Numbered from the stretch's first letter, positions 8,403-17,258 are shown. The stretch is 30,965 nucleotides of DNA from Candidatus Methylomirabilia bacterium (GCA_041497895.1 JBGQHJ010000045.1:1-30965), one strand, 5' to 3'. A program made the numbers and translations. The notes: generated by a model from the letters alone, not told the origin.

Positions 8403-9533
8403 CTACGAGCCGAGGAGCCCCACGCCCGGCTTCTCGGCGACCGGCGCCGGCCGGGCGGCCGCCGCGCCGGTGTCGAGCTTCTGCAAGACCGGCATCACGT
8501 CCTTGGCGAAGAGGCGCAGGTTGCGCTCCGCCTCGTCGTACGGCATGCCCGCGTAGCTGAAGACGCCCACGTAGTGGCTGTTGCCGGTGCGCGCGTGGAT
8601 GTCGCGGATCTTCTCGTAGCACTGCTCGGGCGTGCCCCACACCTGGAGGTTCATGAAGTAGTCGACGACGATGTCGGTGCCGTACTGCTGGATCTTCTCC
8701 GCCATCTTGCCGTAGTACTCGTAGCCGCGGGTGTGGGCCAGGTGGTCGCCCTGGAACTGGTAGTGATCGAGCACGGTCTGGTAGTAGCCGCCGATGTAGC
8801 GGCGGGCCATCTCCTGGGCCCGGTCCGCGCTCGCGTCGCAGAAGGTCCAGCCCGCCGAGATCGGGGGCGGCGCGTCCACTCCGTTGACCCGGCGGTACAC
8901 CTCGCGGTAGGCGTCCAGCTCGCGCGCCACTTCCTTCCACGGCTTCTGCGGGATGATCAGGATGCCGACCCCCAGCTCGGCCATGATCTGGACCGACTCC
9001 GGGGAGACCGCGGCGGCGTAGGTGCGGCCGCGGAAGCTCTTGAACGGGGCGGGCCGGATGGCCGCGCGCGGCTGCTTGACGTAGGCCCCGTCGTACTCGC
9101 AGTAGCCGCTCTCGAGGCCGCGCAGCAGCATCTCGGCCGACTCCACGAAGCGCGACCGCGACTCGTCCATGGACAGGCGGAAGCCGTCGAACTCCACCTT
9201 GCCGGCGCCGCGGCCGAGGCCCAGGATGAGCCGGCCGCCCGACAGGTTGTCGAGCATCGAGACTTCCTCGGCCACCCGCATCGGGTCGTGCCACGGGAGC
9301 ACCACCACCATGGAGCCGAGCTGCGCGTGGCGGGTGCGGCCCGCCATGTAGGAGAGGAACTGCAGCACGTCGGGGCACATCGTGTAGTCGGTGAAGTGGT
9401 GCTCGACGCCCCACACCGACTGGAAACCCAGCGGCTCGGCCAGCTCCGCGAGACGGAGCTCGTTCAGGTAGACGTCCCGATCGCTGTGGGCCTTGCCCGG
9501 GTTCTGGAAGACCGCGGCCATCCCGACGTGCAT
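8403..9533 (-). CDS. LLM-class flavin-dependent oxidoreductase (luciferase-like)
   Basis: Start MHVGMAAVFQ. AEPLGFQSVWGVEHHF and P.RVAEEVSMLDNLSGGRLILGLGRG motifs. Confidence 0.92.
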   Translation of the reverse strand: MHVGMAAVFQNPGKAHSDRDVYLNELRLAELAEPLGFQSVWGVEHHFTDYTMCPDVLQFLSYMAGRTRHAQLGSMVVVLPWHDPMRVAEEVSMLDNLSGGRLILGLGRGAGKVEFDGFRLSMDESRSRFVESAEMLLRGLESGYCEYDGAYVKQPRAAIRPAPFKSFRGRTYAAAVSPESVQIMAELGVGILIIPQKPWKEVARELDAYREVYRRVNGVDAPPPISAGWTFCDASADRAQEMARRYIGGYYQTVLDHYQFQGDHLAHTRGYEYYGKMAEKIQQYGTDIVVDYFMNLQVWGTPEQCYEKIRDIHARTGNSHYVGVFSYAGMPYDEAERNLRLFAKDVMPVLQKLDTGAAAARPAPVAEKPGVGLLGS

Positions 9534-9592
9534 GGGTGGGTTCCCCCTCGCCGGGATGGTACGCGAGGGGGAACCCACCGGGCAAGCCGGGG

Positions 9593-9943
9593 TCAGGCGA
9601 CGCGGCGGAGCGGAGGCGCGGGCGCCGGGGCCTCGTCGCCCCGCCGTACCACGAGCTCGTAGCCTCGCGGCACGCGGGCCAGCAGCACCGGCCACACGTC
9701 CTCGAGCATCCATTCCCAGCCGCCGGGCACGGCCACCACCACCTGGCCCTGGGACAGGAGCGTGCGCGGCGTCACGTGCACCGACACGAAGGACTCTCCG
9801 CCCAGCTTGCGGTCCACGAGCGACTGCACGTAGGCGCGGGTCGCAAGCGCCCGCGACTCGCTGCGGTCCCGCTGCACCCGCCAGGCGAGCGGGCCCACCA
9901 CCAGGATCAATCCCACCACCGACGCGATGACGATCTCGAGCAT
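9593..9943 (-). CDS. Hypothetical protein with N-terminal transmembrane helix
   Basis: GGAGGGAGA RBS, hydrophobic N-terminus and high-GC3 codons. Confidence 0.7.
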   Translation of the reverse strand: MLEIVIASVVGLILVVGPLAWRVQRDRSESRALATRAYVQSLVDRKLGGESFVSVHVTPRTLLSQGQVVVAVPGGWEWMLEDVWPVLLARVPRGYELVVRRGDEAPAPAPPLRRVA

Positions 9944-10072
9944 GGCTATCTCCCTCCGCCCATTGAGATGCCGACCTGGAGCCGGAGGATTCCACGATCC
10001 CGACAGGGAAAGGTGGAATCCCTTGGCCGCACTGCGGCATCCAAAGAGTGATCAAGGAAGGAGAAAAGACCC

Positions 10073-10507
10073 ATGGCAAAGCGCATTCTTGTTCCTCTAG
10101 ATGGTAGTGAATCCGCGGAGGTCGCGGCCAGCTTGGCCGCCGATCTGGCGCGGAGCAGCGGCGGCCACGTCCGCCTCCTGCAGGTGCATCCCGTGCCCGA
10201 GCATCGCGTGACCTCGGCCGGGCGCGTGGTCGCGTTCGCGGATCAGGAGATGGAGCGCCTCACCGCGGAGGGCCGCGACTACCTCGAGACCGTCGAGACT
10301 CGCCTGGGCGCGGTGCCCACCGAGAGCGTGGTCCGCTTCGGGGAGCCCGAGCAGGAGATCCTCGTCGAGGCCGAAGCATTCGACGCCGACCTCATCGTGC
10401 TCGCCGCCGAGCGCCGCGGGTGGCTGGCCCGACTGCGGGGCGGTAGCCTGAGCGAGCGGCTCCTGCAGGCCTCGCCGGTCCCGGTCGCGCTCGTCCGCGC
10501 CGCCTGA
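10073..10507 (+). CDS. Universal stress protein (Usp)
   Basis: KRILVPLDGS, G.P...IL..AE...ADLIVL and GS.SERLLQASPVPVALV. AAGGAG RBS. Confidence 0.92.
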   Translation: MAKRILVPLDGSESAEVAASLAADLARSSGGHVRLLQVHPVPEHRVTSAGRVVAFADQEMERLTAEGRDYLETVETRLGAVPTESVVRFGEPEQEILVEAEAFDADLIVLAAERRGWLARLRGGSLSERLLQASPVPVALVRAA

Positions 10508-10543
10508 TCCTCGCCGCGACCCGGCTCCGGCCGCCGCGGCGGC

Positions 10544-11098
10544 TCAGTCGTACAGGCGGCCGCGCTGCAGCCGCCGGTGGCAGTGGAAGAGTGTGTACTC
10601 GATCGCTCGCGCGGACACGCCCAGAGCCCGGGCGTGTCCGCGCAGTCGCGTCAGGTACTGCGCCCACTGGCCGAGCGTGAAGGCACGGCCGCGCTGGTTG
10701 CCGGAGACGGAGCGGATACTGAACAGGAGCTGCCAGCAGCGGATGTCGAGCACGCCGTAGCGGGCCGGATCGATCAGGGTGAGGATGGCGGAGGCGGTGG
10801 CCACGCTCACCCCGGGCAGCGCGACGAGATGCGCGATGCGCTCCTGCTCGTCGCGCGCGGCCAGCGCGGCGGTGGAGACCCGGCGAATCGTCGCGGGCGA
10901 GCTTCGCTCGTAGTGCCGGCGTGAGCGCGGGCTCTTCCACCGGCACATCGCGAGGAACTCCCCGCGCGTGAACCGCCCCGCCGCCTTGACGTGGGCCAGG
11001 CGCCGGATCAGCGCCGCGGTGCCGGGGTCCTCGCGCGTGATCAGCTCGCGCCGCAGCAGCGTGCGCAGGCTCCGGTAGGGCACCCGCTTCAGCGGCAC
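10544..11098 (-). CDS. Hypothetical protein with helix-hairpin-helix motif (HhH DNA glycosylase-like)
   Basis: LVALPGVSVATASAILTL followed by YGVLDIR. Strongly basic protein. Confidence 0.6.
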   Translation of the reverse strand: MPLKRVPYRSLRTLLRRELITREDPGTAALIRRLAHVKAAGRFTRGEFLAMCRWKSPRSRRHYERSSPATIRRVSTAALAARDEQERIAHLVALPGVSVATASAILTLIDPARYGVLDIRCWQLLFSIRSVSGNQRGRAFTLGQWAQYLTRLRGHARALGVSARAIEYTLFHCHRRLQRGRLYD

Positions 11099-11152
11099 CG
11101 CCGGCGCCCCCCGCCGTTGCGCTCACGTGGCGCAGGCATTATCGTACCCGCC

Positions 11153-12187
11153 ATGACCGAGCCCTTCGTCACGCTCCCCGAGATCCACCGCGCGGCCCGC
11201 GCGCGCCTGCCCCGCACCTCGTACAACTTCGGCGCGGGCGGCACCGAGACCGAGACCACGCTCCGCCGCAACCGCCGCTCGCTGCGCCGCCTGGCCATCC
11301 GGCAGGACATCCTGGTCGACGTGCGCCAGATCGATCTCTCCACCTCGCTGCTCGGCGTGCCGCTGTCCTGGCCGGTGGTGATCGCGCCGATGGGCGGGCT
11401 CGTGCTGTTCCACCCCGAGGGCGACTGCGAGATGGCCCGGGGCGCGGCCAAGGCCGACACCCTGCAGTTCCTGAGCGGGGCCACCGGGTGGTCGGTGGAG
11501 GCGGTGGCGGCGGCGAGTCCCGGGCTCAAGATGTTCCAGCTCTACCACATGGGCGATCGGGCGTGGGTGGCGGATCTGCTCGCGCGCGTCGAGGCGTCCG
11601 GCTATCTCTGCGTGTGCCTCACCGTCGACGTCCAGGTCTACAGCCGCCGGGAGCGCGACATCGTCGCCCGCTTCACCCCGCGCGAGGCGATGCTGAAGGC
11701 CCCGAACCCCCGCCCGCCCGACTCCGAGTACCCGGCCCGCCTCACCTGGGCCGACGTCGAGTGGCTGCGCAAGACCACCCGCCTGCCCATCGGCCTCAAG
11801 GGCATCATGACCCCGCGCGACGCCAAGCGCGCGCTCGACGCGGGCGTCGAGCTGATCTGGGTGTCCAACCACGGCGGCCGTCAGCTCGATTCGACCCAGG
11901 CCAGCATCGACGCGCTGCCCGCGGTGGCCGACGTGGTCGGCGGCGCGGCCAGCATCATCGTCGACGGCGGCTTCGCCCGCGGCACCGACGTGATCAAGGG
12001 CATGGCGTGGGGCGCCCACGCGGTCGCGGTGGGCCGGACCGCGCTGTGGGGGCTGGCCGCCGACGGCGCAGCCGGGGTGGCGTGCGCCATGGACATCCTC
12101 CGCCGCGAGCTGCGGACCTCGATGGCTCTGGCGGGACAGACGAGCGTGCGTGGGCTCACCCGCGACGCGGTCTTCCGCGTCGATTGA
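11153..12187 (+). CDS. FMN-dependent alpha-hydroxy-acid oxidase/dehydrogenase
   Basis: IAPMG, MFQLY, LTVD, LKGI, VSNHGGRQLD and DGG..RGTDVIK motifs. Confidence 0.93.
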   Translation: MTEPFVTLPEIHRAARARLPRTSYNFGAGGTETETTLRRNRRSLRRLAIRQDILVDVRQIDLSTSLLGVPLSWPVVIAPMGGLVLFHPEGDCEMARGAAKADTLQFLSGATGWSVEAVAAASPGLKMFQLYHMGDRAWVADLLARVEASGYLCVCLTVDVQVYSRRERDIVARFTPREAMLKAPNPRPPDSEYPARLTWADVEWLRKTTRLPIGLKGIMTPRDAKRALDAGVELIWVSNHGGRQLDSTQASIDALPAVADVVGGAASIIVDGGFARGTDVIKGMAWGAHAVAVGRTALWGLAADGAAGVACAMDILRRELRTSMALAGQTSVRGLTRDAVFRVD

Positions 12188-12201
12188 CGCCGCCGCCCAC
12201 G

Positions 12202-12381
12202 CTAGAGAAACCCGGGCGCTTCGAACTCGCAGAAGCCGCCGCGCAGGTCATCGGGGCGCCACCAGCCTCCACGCCGGACGCACATCTGGGCCAGCTCGTC
12301 CTCGGTGTAGGCGGGCCCGAAGGCGACGGATCCGCAGCCGGCGAGCACGAGCGCCAGGAGGAGGCCGGCGGCGCCCCGCAT
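12202..12381 (-). CDS. Small lipoprotein (59 aa), not in the ORF track
   Basis: Hand translation MRGAAGLLLALVLAGCGSVAFGPAYTEDELAQMCVRRGGWWRPDDLRGGFCEFEAPGFL*. LAGC lipobox. ATG directly abuts the NIPSNAP stop. Confidence 0.8.
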   Translation of the reverse strand: MRGAAGLLLALVLAGCGSVAFGPAYTEDELAQMCVRRGGWWRPDDLRGGFCEFEAPGFL

Positions 12382-12708
12382 CTACTTCATCGGCGAGTAC
12401 GCGGTGGGCCGGAGGATCTGCGCGGTGAGCCGCCGCACCAGCGGGCCGTTCTTCTCCGTCTCCGCGAACTTGGCGATCCGGTCCGGGTCGGCGAAGAAGC
12501 CGCTCCACTTCTTCTCGCGATCGGCGAGGCTGTCGTACGCCAGGATGTAGATGAGCTGGTCCGACGAGCCGCCCAGTTCGTTGGTCCAGAAACCCACCAC
12601 CTGGATGTTGTGCTTCTTGAAGAAGTCCATGGTGATCTCGGCGAAGCGCCGGTTGAGATCGGGGAGCCGGCCGGGCATGACGTGATAGGTACGGAGCTCG
12701 TACAGCAT
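12382..12708 (-). CDS. NIPSNAP family protein
   Basis: LYELRTY..PG, VGFW, LIYILAY.SLADRE..W..F..DP and L.PT.YSP motifs. AGGAGG RBS. Confidence 0.92.
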   Translation of the reverse strand: MLYELRTYHVMPGRLPDLNRRFAEITMDFFKKHNIQVVGFWTNELGGSSDQLIYILAYDSLADREKKWSGFFADPDRIAKFAETEKNGPLVRRLTAQILRPTAYSPMK

Positions 12709-12750
12709 CGAGTGGCCTCCTGAGGCGCGCGGTAAGTGCTGTCTGCCGCG

Positions 12751-12779
12751 ACTCTAGGGATGCCCACCGAGCGTGTCAA
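12751..12779 (-). promoter_or_regulatory. Sigma70-type promoter for the NIPSNAP/lipoprotein genes
   Basis: TTGACA (12779-12774) - 17 nt - TAGAGT (12756-12751). Confidence 0.6.
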
Positions 12780-12877
12780 GCCGCCACCCGATCACGGAGT
12801 GCGGGGGCCACGGGTCGACCGCAATTGGGGGGAGTGCGGGGGCCATTTCTGGGCCCCCGCAGAAGAAAAGGAGCGGA

Positions 12878-13678
12878 ATGACGATTCAAGACCAAACGCT
12901 CGACCGGCCTACCGGTCTATCCCGCGCCGCGTCCCTCACCGCACGCGCGGGCCTCGCGCTCACGGTGGCGGGCTCGCTCGCGCTCCTGCTGTCCGGCGTG
13001 GGCACCCGCTGGGACTGGTGGGACTACCGCACCGGCTTCCTCATCTTCCGCTGGACGCTCTACGGGGGACTGGCGGTCATCGTGGTGGCGCTCGCCGGTC
13101 TCATCCTGGGGCTGCTCGCCCGAACCGGCCGCAGCCTGCTCGTCTCGCTCGTGACGCTCGCCCTGCTGGCAGCCGTCGCGGCGGTGCCGGTCGGCTACCT
13201 GCGCTCCGCGGGTCGGGTTCCGCCGATCCACGACATCACCACCGACCCGGAAGATCCCCCGCGCTTCGTGGCGGTGCTGCCCCTGCGGCGCGCCGCGCCG
13301 AACTCCGCCGAGTACGGCGGCGCCGCCCTCGCCGCCCAGCAGCGCGCGGGCTATCCAGACCTGGGGCCCGCGCGCTTCGCGGCCCCGCCGGAGCAGGTCT
13401 TTACCCGCGCGGTCGAGGTCGCGCGCGGGCTCGGCTGGCAGATCGTGGCCGCGGTACCCGCGGAGGGCCGCCTCGAGGCGACCGACCGCACCCGCTGGTT
13501 CGGCTTCCGGGACGACGTGGTGGTCCGGGTCGCCGTCGAGGGCGCGGGCTCCCGGGTAGACGTCCGCTCGGTCTCCCGGGTGGGCCGCAGCGATCTCGGC
13601 ACGAACGCGCGCCGGATCCGCGGCTTTCTCGAGGCGCTGCAGACCGCGCTGGCCCGCGACGCCGGCACCTCCAGGTAG
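12878..13678 (+). CDS. DUF1499 domain-containing membrane protein
   Basis: Three N-terminal hydrophobic helices, then PPIHDITTD and EAT.RT.WFGFRDDVVVRV...RVDVRS.SRVG.SDLG.NARRI. AAGGAG RBS. Confidence 0.88.
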   Translation: MTIQDQTLDRPTGLSRAASLTARAGLALTVAGSLALLLSGVGTRWDWWDYRTGFLIFRWTLYGGLAVIVVALAGLILGLLARTGRSLLVSLVTLALLAAVAAVPVGYLRSAGRVPPIHDITTDPEDPPRFVAVLPLRRAAPNSAEYGGAALAAQQRAGYPDLGPARFAAPPEQVFTRAVEVARGLGWQIVAAVPAEGRLEATDRTRWFGFRDDVVVRVAVEGAGSRVDVRSVSRVGRSDLGTNARRIRGFLEALQTALARDAGTSR

Positions 13679-13704
13679 GCCGGCCCGACCACCGACGCTC
13701 TTCG

Positions 13705-14870
13705 TCAGGGCGCGACCGCGACCCGCGCGATGAAGTCCTTCCGCAGGGTGAGGCCCAGGCCGGGCCCGGTCGGGGCCAGGACGTGGCCGTCCTCGAGGCT
13801 GACCCGCTCCTCGACCAGGTCGTTGAGCAGCGGATTGTGGCCGCGGGAGAACTCGAGCAGGTTGACGCACGGGGTGGAGACGGCCAGGTGCAGGCCGGCC
13901 GCGAACAGGATGGCCGAGCCCCAGAGGTGCGGAGCCACCGTGAGCTCGTGGGCCGCCGCGAGGGCCGCGATGCGCTGGGTCTCGGTGATGCCGCCCGCGA
14001 TCGCCACGTCGGGCTGGCAGATGTCGACCGCGCGCGCCTGGATCATGTCGCGGAACGCGAAGCGCGTCTGCTCGCTCTCGCCCGCCGCGATCGGGATGTC
14101 GGTGGAGGCGCGCACCTCGGCCTGGCCCGCGAGGTTCTCGGCGGACACCGGCTCCTCGAGCCAGCCGAGGTCGCAGTCCTCCACCTTGCGGGCGAAGCGC
14201 TGGGCCTGCCGCACGCTCCACGTCCCGTGGGCGTCGACCATGATGCCGACGTCGGGCCCGAGGGCCTCGCGCACCTCGCGCACCCGCGCGGCCGAGTCGT
14301 CGACGCTCTTGTCTTGAAGTCCCACCCGCAGCTTCACCGCGCGATGGCCGCGCTCCACGTACTGGGTCATCTGCTTGCCGATGGCGCCGACCGGGGCCCA
14401 GCCGCCGCTCGCGTAGGCGGGGATGCGCTCGCGGTACTTTCCCCCCAGCAGGCGCCACACCGGCTGGCCGAGCGAGCGGCCGAGCAGGTCCCAGCACGCG
14501 ATGTCGATGCCGCTGATCGCGCAGAGCGCGAGCCCGCGGCGGCCCATGGTCGGGAAGTCCGGCCCTCGCGGGTCGCGTAGTGCGCGCGCGAGCCGTTGTA
14601 GAGCGTCTCCCAGATCCCGGTGATATCACGCGGGTCGCGACCGATCAGGACCGGCGCCATCTCCTCGCGGATCAGCGTGACCATCGCCGCGTAGTTGCCG
14701 AGATTGCCCACCGCGGCCTTCGCCTCGCCCAGGCCGGTGAGCCCGGCGTCGGTCTCGATCTCGACCAGGCACATGTTGAAGGTGTCGTTGCGGCCGAAGT
14801 CGCTGACGTGGGCGTGCTCGGCGGGAATGGGGGCGCGAAGCCAGGTGGCGCGGACGGCGGTGATCTTCAT
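13705..14870 (-). pseudogene. Mandelate racemase/muconate lactonizing enzyme family gene split by a 1-bp frameshift near 14557 (true pseudogene or sequencing error)
   Basis: The N-terminal half (MKITAV...VEIETDAGLTGLGE) and the C-terminal half (ISGIDIACWDL, KLR, MVDAH, WLEEP, AGE, QPD, PH) are in different frames. Adding one base gives ...GRTFPTMGRRG... Confidence 0.85.
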
Positions 14871-14879
14871 GGCGGGGCG

Positions 14880-14909
14880 AGCGTACGGCGCGCGCGGGAG
14901 CGAAGTCAA
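14880..14909 (-). promoter_or_regulatory. Sigma70-type promoter for the enolase-superfamily gene (probably leaderless)
   Basis: TTGACT - 18 nt - TACGCT, 9 nt before ATG14870. No SD sequence. Confidence 0.5.
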
Positions 14910-15907
14910 CCGCTCACGCCTGGCGCGCGCGCCACCCGGCAAAGACGGAATCCGATGTTGGCACAGAGCCCGTATCGGTCGAGGTTCTGAGACATGCGGA
15001 ACGAAACCCGAGCCACGTCTGCGCAGTCCGTCCACGAGCCGCCTCGCAGCACCTTCTCTTCACCGGTCCAGGGTCCGGTCGCGCTTTGCCGGGGACTCTC
15101 CCGGTAGTAGAGCGCGTCATACCAGTCGGTCGTCCATTCCCACACGCATCCGCTCATCGCATACAGGCCGTAGCCGTTGGGAGGGAACGAGCGCATCCTG
15201 AGGATGGACAGCTGAGCGAGACGATCGAAGTCGCAGCGCTCGGAGGACGGCGGCGCGTCCCCCCATGGATAGGCTCGTCCCACGAGCCCGCCTCTCGCCG
15301 CCTTCTCCCACTCCGCCTCGGTCGGCAAGCGGTAGATGGACCCGCCGGCCATCGAGAGGTGAGCGCCGACGTCGTACGCGTCGTGCCACGAGACGGCGAC
15401 CAGCGGCTTGTGATCGTAGCTCTGCGGCTGAGCGCTACCTTCCCGGCTCCCCGCTTCCCAGATCCGACTCGTGGTGGTGAAATCCTCGCAGAACGCGAGA
15501 CGGATCTTGTTCTGATGGAATGGGAACGTGGGCGGAGGATCGCCAGGTGGCCGCGACTCGGGAGGGGGCGTCCAGCCCAGCAGCCTGCAGTACGCCGACC
15601 AGCTCACCGGCGTCTCCGAGATCCAGTACTCTTCGAGGTCCACCGGGTGGACCGGCTGCTCGTCCGGCTCACCGGCCTCCGAGCCCATCAGGAAGGTGCC
15701 GGCCGGGATGTACCGGAACGTGAGCCCGTGCTCGGTCACCGCCAGCCGATCGAGGACTCGCCCGCGCTCCTCCGCTACCTGTACGTTCTCGGGCGCAAGA
15801 CCGTACGCGCGATCGTAGGCGGCCGCGGCAGCCGCGAGCTCTCCCTTCGCCACCAGCGCGCGGCCGCGCGTGACCGCCTCTCCGGGATCACCCGCCGGCC
15901 CTCCCAT
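14906..15907 (-). CDS. FGE-sulfatase (SUMF1)-fold protein with N-terminal TPR-like helix pair
   Basis: IPAGTFLMGS..G.PDE.P.H.V, RLPTEAEWEKAARGG, YPWG, PPNGYGLY.MSG.VWEW..DWY, RGGSW and GFRL motifs. N-terminal GRALVAKGELAAAAAAYDRAYGLAPEN is TPR-like. Confidence 0.9.
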   Translation of the reverse strand: MGGPAGDPGEAVTRGRALVAKGELAAAAAAYDRAYGLAPENVQVAEERGRVLDRLAVTEHGLTFRYIPAGTFLMGSEAGEPDEQPVHPVDLEEYWISETPVSWSAYCRLLGWTPPPESRPPGDPPPTFPFHQNKIRLAFCEDFTTTSRIWEAGSREGSAQPQSYDHKPLVAVSWHDAYDVGAHLSMAGGSIYRLPTEAEWEKAARGGLVGRAYPWGDAPPSSERCDFDRLAQLSILRMRSFPPNGYGLYAMSGCVWEWTTDWYDALYYRESPRQSATGPWTGEEKVLRGGSWTDCADVARVSFRMSQNLDRYGLCANIGFRLCRVARAPGVSG

Positions 15908-15908
15908 C

Positions 15909-17258
15909 TCACCGCGGCTCCGGCGACGGGGGCTCGCGGGTCACATCCAGGACCATCAAGGGGTTGAAGACCGGCCGCGGTCGACGCTCCGCCTCGACCT
16001 GGCCGGTGATCCACGGATCGGGCGCGTTGATCGAGCCGTTGAACGCCAGCGCCCGCGCCCGGCAACCACCCGCGAAGGTCGCGGTGTGTCCCCGCTCGCT
16101 CGCGGGCTCCCCGCCGGGCAGCGCGCGGATCGCGCGGAAGCCCGCGCTGTTGTGCCAGATGTCGGCCAGGCACCGGTCCCGGACGTTGGCCGCCGCGAAC
16201 TCCGGCCCCAGGAAGCTGCACGGATTGACGTCGCCCGACACGGATATCGAGCACACGAGATTGCCGGCGCCGCAGCCATAGTTCTGATGGATCAGCGACT
16301 GGCCCTCCTGCCGCGCGCGCGGGCTGAAGGGGTCGATGTCCCGGAGATCGAACCCGCTTCCGCGCTGCATGCCGGCCAGGGTGGTCAGGGCCTCGTTGTA
16401 CTCGCCGAACGTGGGCATGAGGTCGGGGTGCTGCCGGGCAACCCCGACCGGATACAGCGGTCGGAACACCGCGGCGTGCGCGCCCACCCGGGCCGCCAGC
16501 TCGGCGCACGCCTGGATCTCCTCCAGGTTGCTCCGCATGATCGTGAAGGCGAGCGTGAATCGGGCGTGCCGTCCGAGCACGGTCAGCCGGTCGAGAACTC
16601 GCGCGAAGGTTCCGGGGCCGCGAACCCGGTCGTTGGTCCGCGCCGACGCGCCGTCGAGGCTCACGTTCAGCCACACCAGCTCGCGCCGGCCGAACTCACG
16701 TGCGATCTGCTCGGTGATGAGCAGCCCGTTCGTGGTGAGGCAGGGGCAGAGACCGTGGGCCACCGCGAGGTCGATGACCCGGAAGATGTCCTTGCGCAGG
16801 AGGGGCTCGCCTCCGGTGAGCCCCAGCCGGAAGGTTCCCAGGCTCGCCATCTCGGCGAAGAGTCGATCGAGCTCGAGGTACGACAGGGGCTGCTCCTTCC
16901 GAGGCAACGCCCCGGCAAAGCAGTGCGTGCAGGTCAGGTTGCACGCGGCGACGACCTCGAGATGCAGAGCCAGGGGGCCGACGAGGTGGTCGACCGGGAC
17001 CTCGACATCCAGAACGGTACCCGCGAACCGCGTGTCGATGCGGAAGAAGCCGCGCTCGTAGAAGTCGGCAAAGAACCCCTCGATCTGCTGTCTCCGCTCT
17101 GGATCGCCGGTGGCCTTCAAGATCTCGTCGAGAGGGGTGACCCGCAAGCGGCAGAGCAGCTCGGTGGCCTCCCGGTCGAACGGCACGTATCGGGAGGTCC
17201 GCCGGTCGAAGACCACGCTTCCGAAGAACTGGGGGACGAGAACCATCGGGACCGTCAT
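15909..17258 (-). CDS. Radical SAM protein with RRE-like N-terminus and degenerate SPASM/Twitch C-terminus
   Basis: CNLTCTHC (CxxxCxxC), TGGEPL, TTNG, VSLDG, D.VRG.G.F, then CGAG..VC...GDVNPC...GGCRARA...DP. Start 17258 overlaps the upstream stop (ATGA). Confidence 0.93.
   Translation of the reverse strand: MTVPMVLVPQFFGSVVFDRRTSRYVPFDREATELLCRLRVTPLDEILKATGDPERRQQIEGFFADFYERGFFRIDTRFAGTVLDVEVPVDHLVGPLALHLEVVAACNLTCTHCFAGALPRKEQPLSYLELDRLFAEMASLGTFRLGLTGGEPLLRKDIFRVIDLAVAHGLCPCLTTNGLLITEQIAREFGRRELVWLNVSLDGASARTNDRVRGPGTFARVLDRLTVLGRHARFTLAFTIMRSNLEEIQACAELAARVGAHAAVFRPLYPVGVARQHPDLMPTFGEYNEALTTLAGMQRGSGFDLRDIDPFSPRARQEGQSLIHQNYGCGAGNLVCSISVSGDVNPCSFLGPEFAAANVRDRCLADIWHNSAGFRAIRALPGGEPASERGHTATFAGGCRARALAFNGSINAPDPWITGQVEAERRPRPVFNPLMVLDVTREPPSPEPR

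Noticed and set aside
7598..17258. Mycofactocin cluster (rSAM plus nearby alpha-hydroxy-acid oxidase, SDR and LLM genes)
   Set aside because: I saw no MftA-like peptide ending IDGxCGVY, and no stand-alone MftB, MftE or MftF. The rSAM lacks the full SPASM Cys set, and the other genes are in separate transcription units.
14906..17258. Ordinary sulfatase maturation locus (anSME + FGE)
   Set aside because: No sulfatase is in the window and the co-operonic protein has no CxPxR motif. The FGE catalytic Cys pair and the anSME AuxII ligands are missing.
15909..17258. PqqE or AhbC/D/NirJ assignment
   Set aside because: No pqq or heme biosynthesis genes are adjacent and the Cys pattern differs, so no gene symbol was given.
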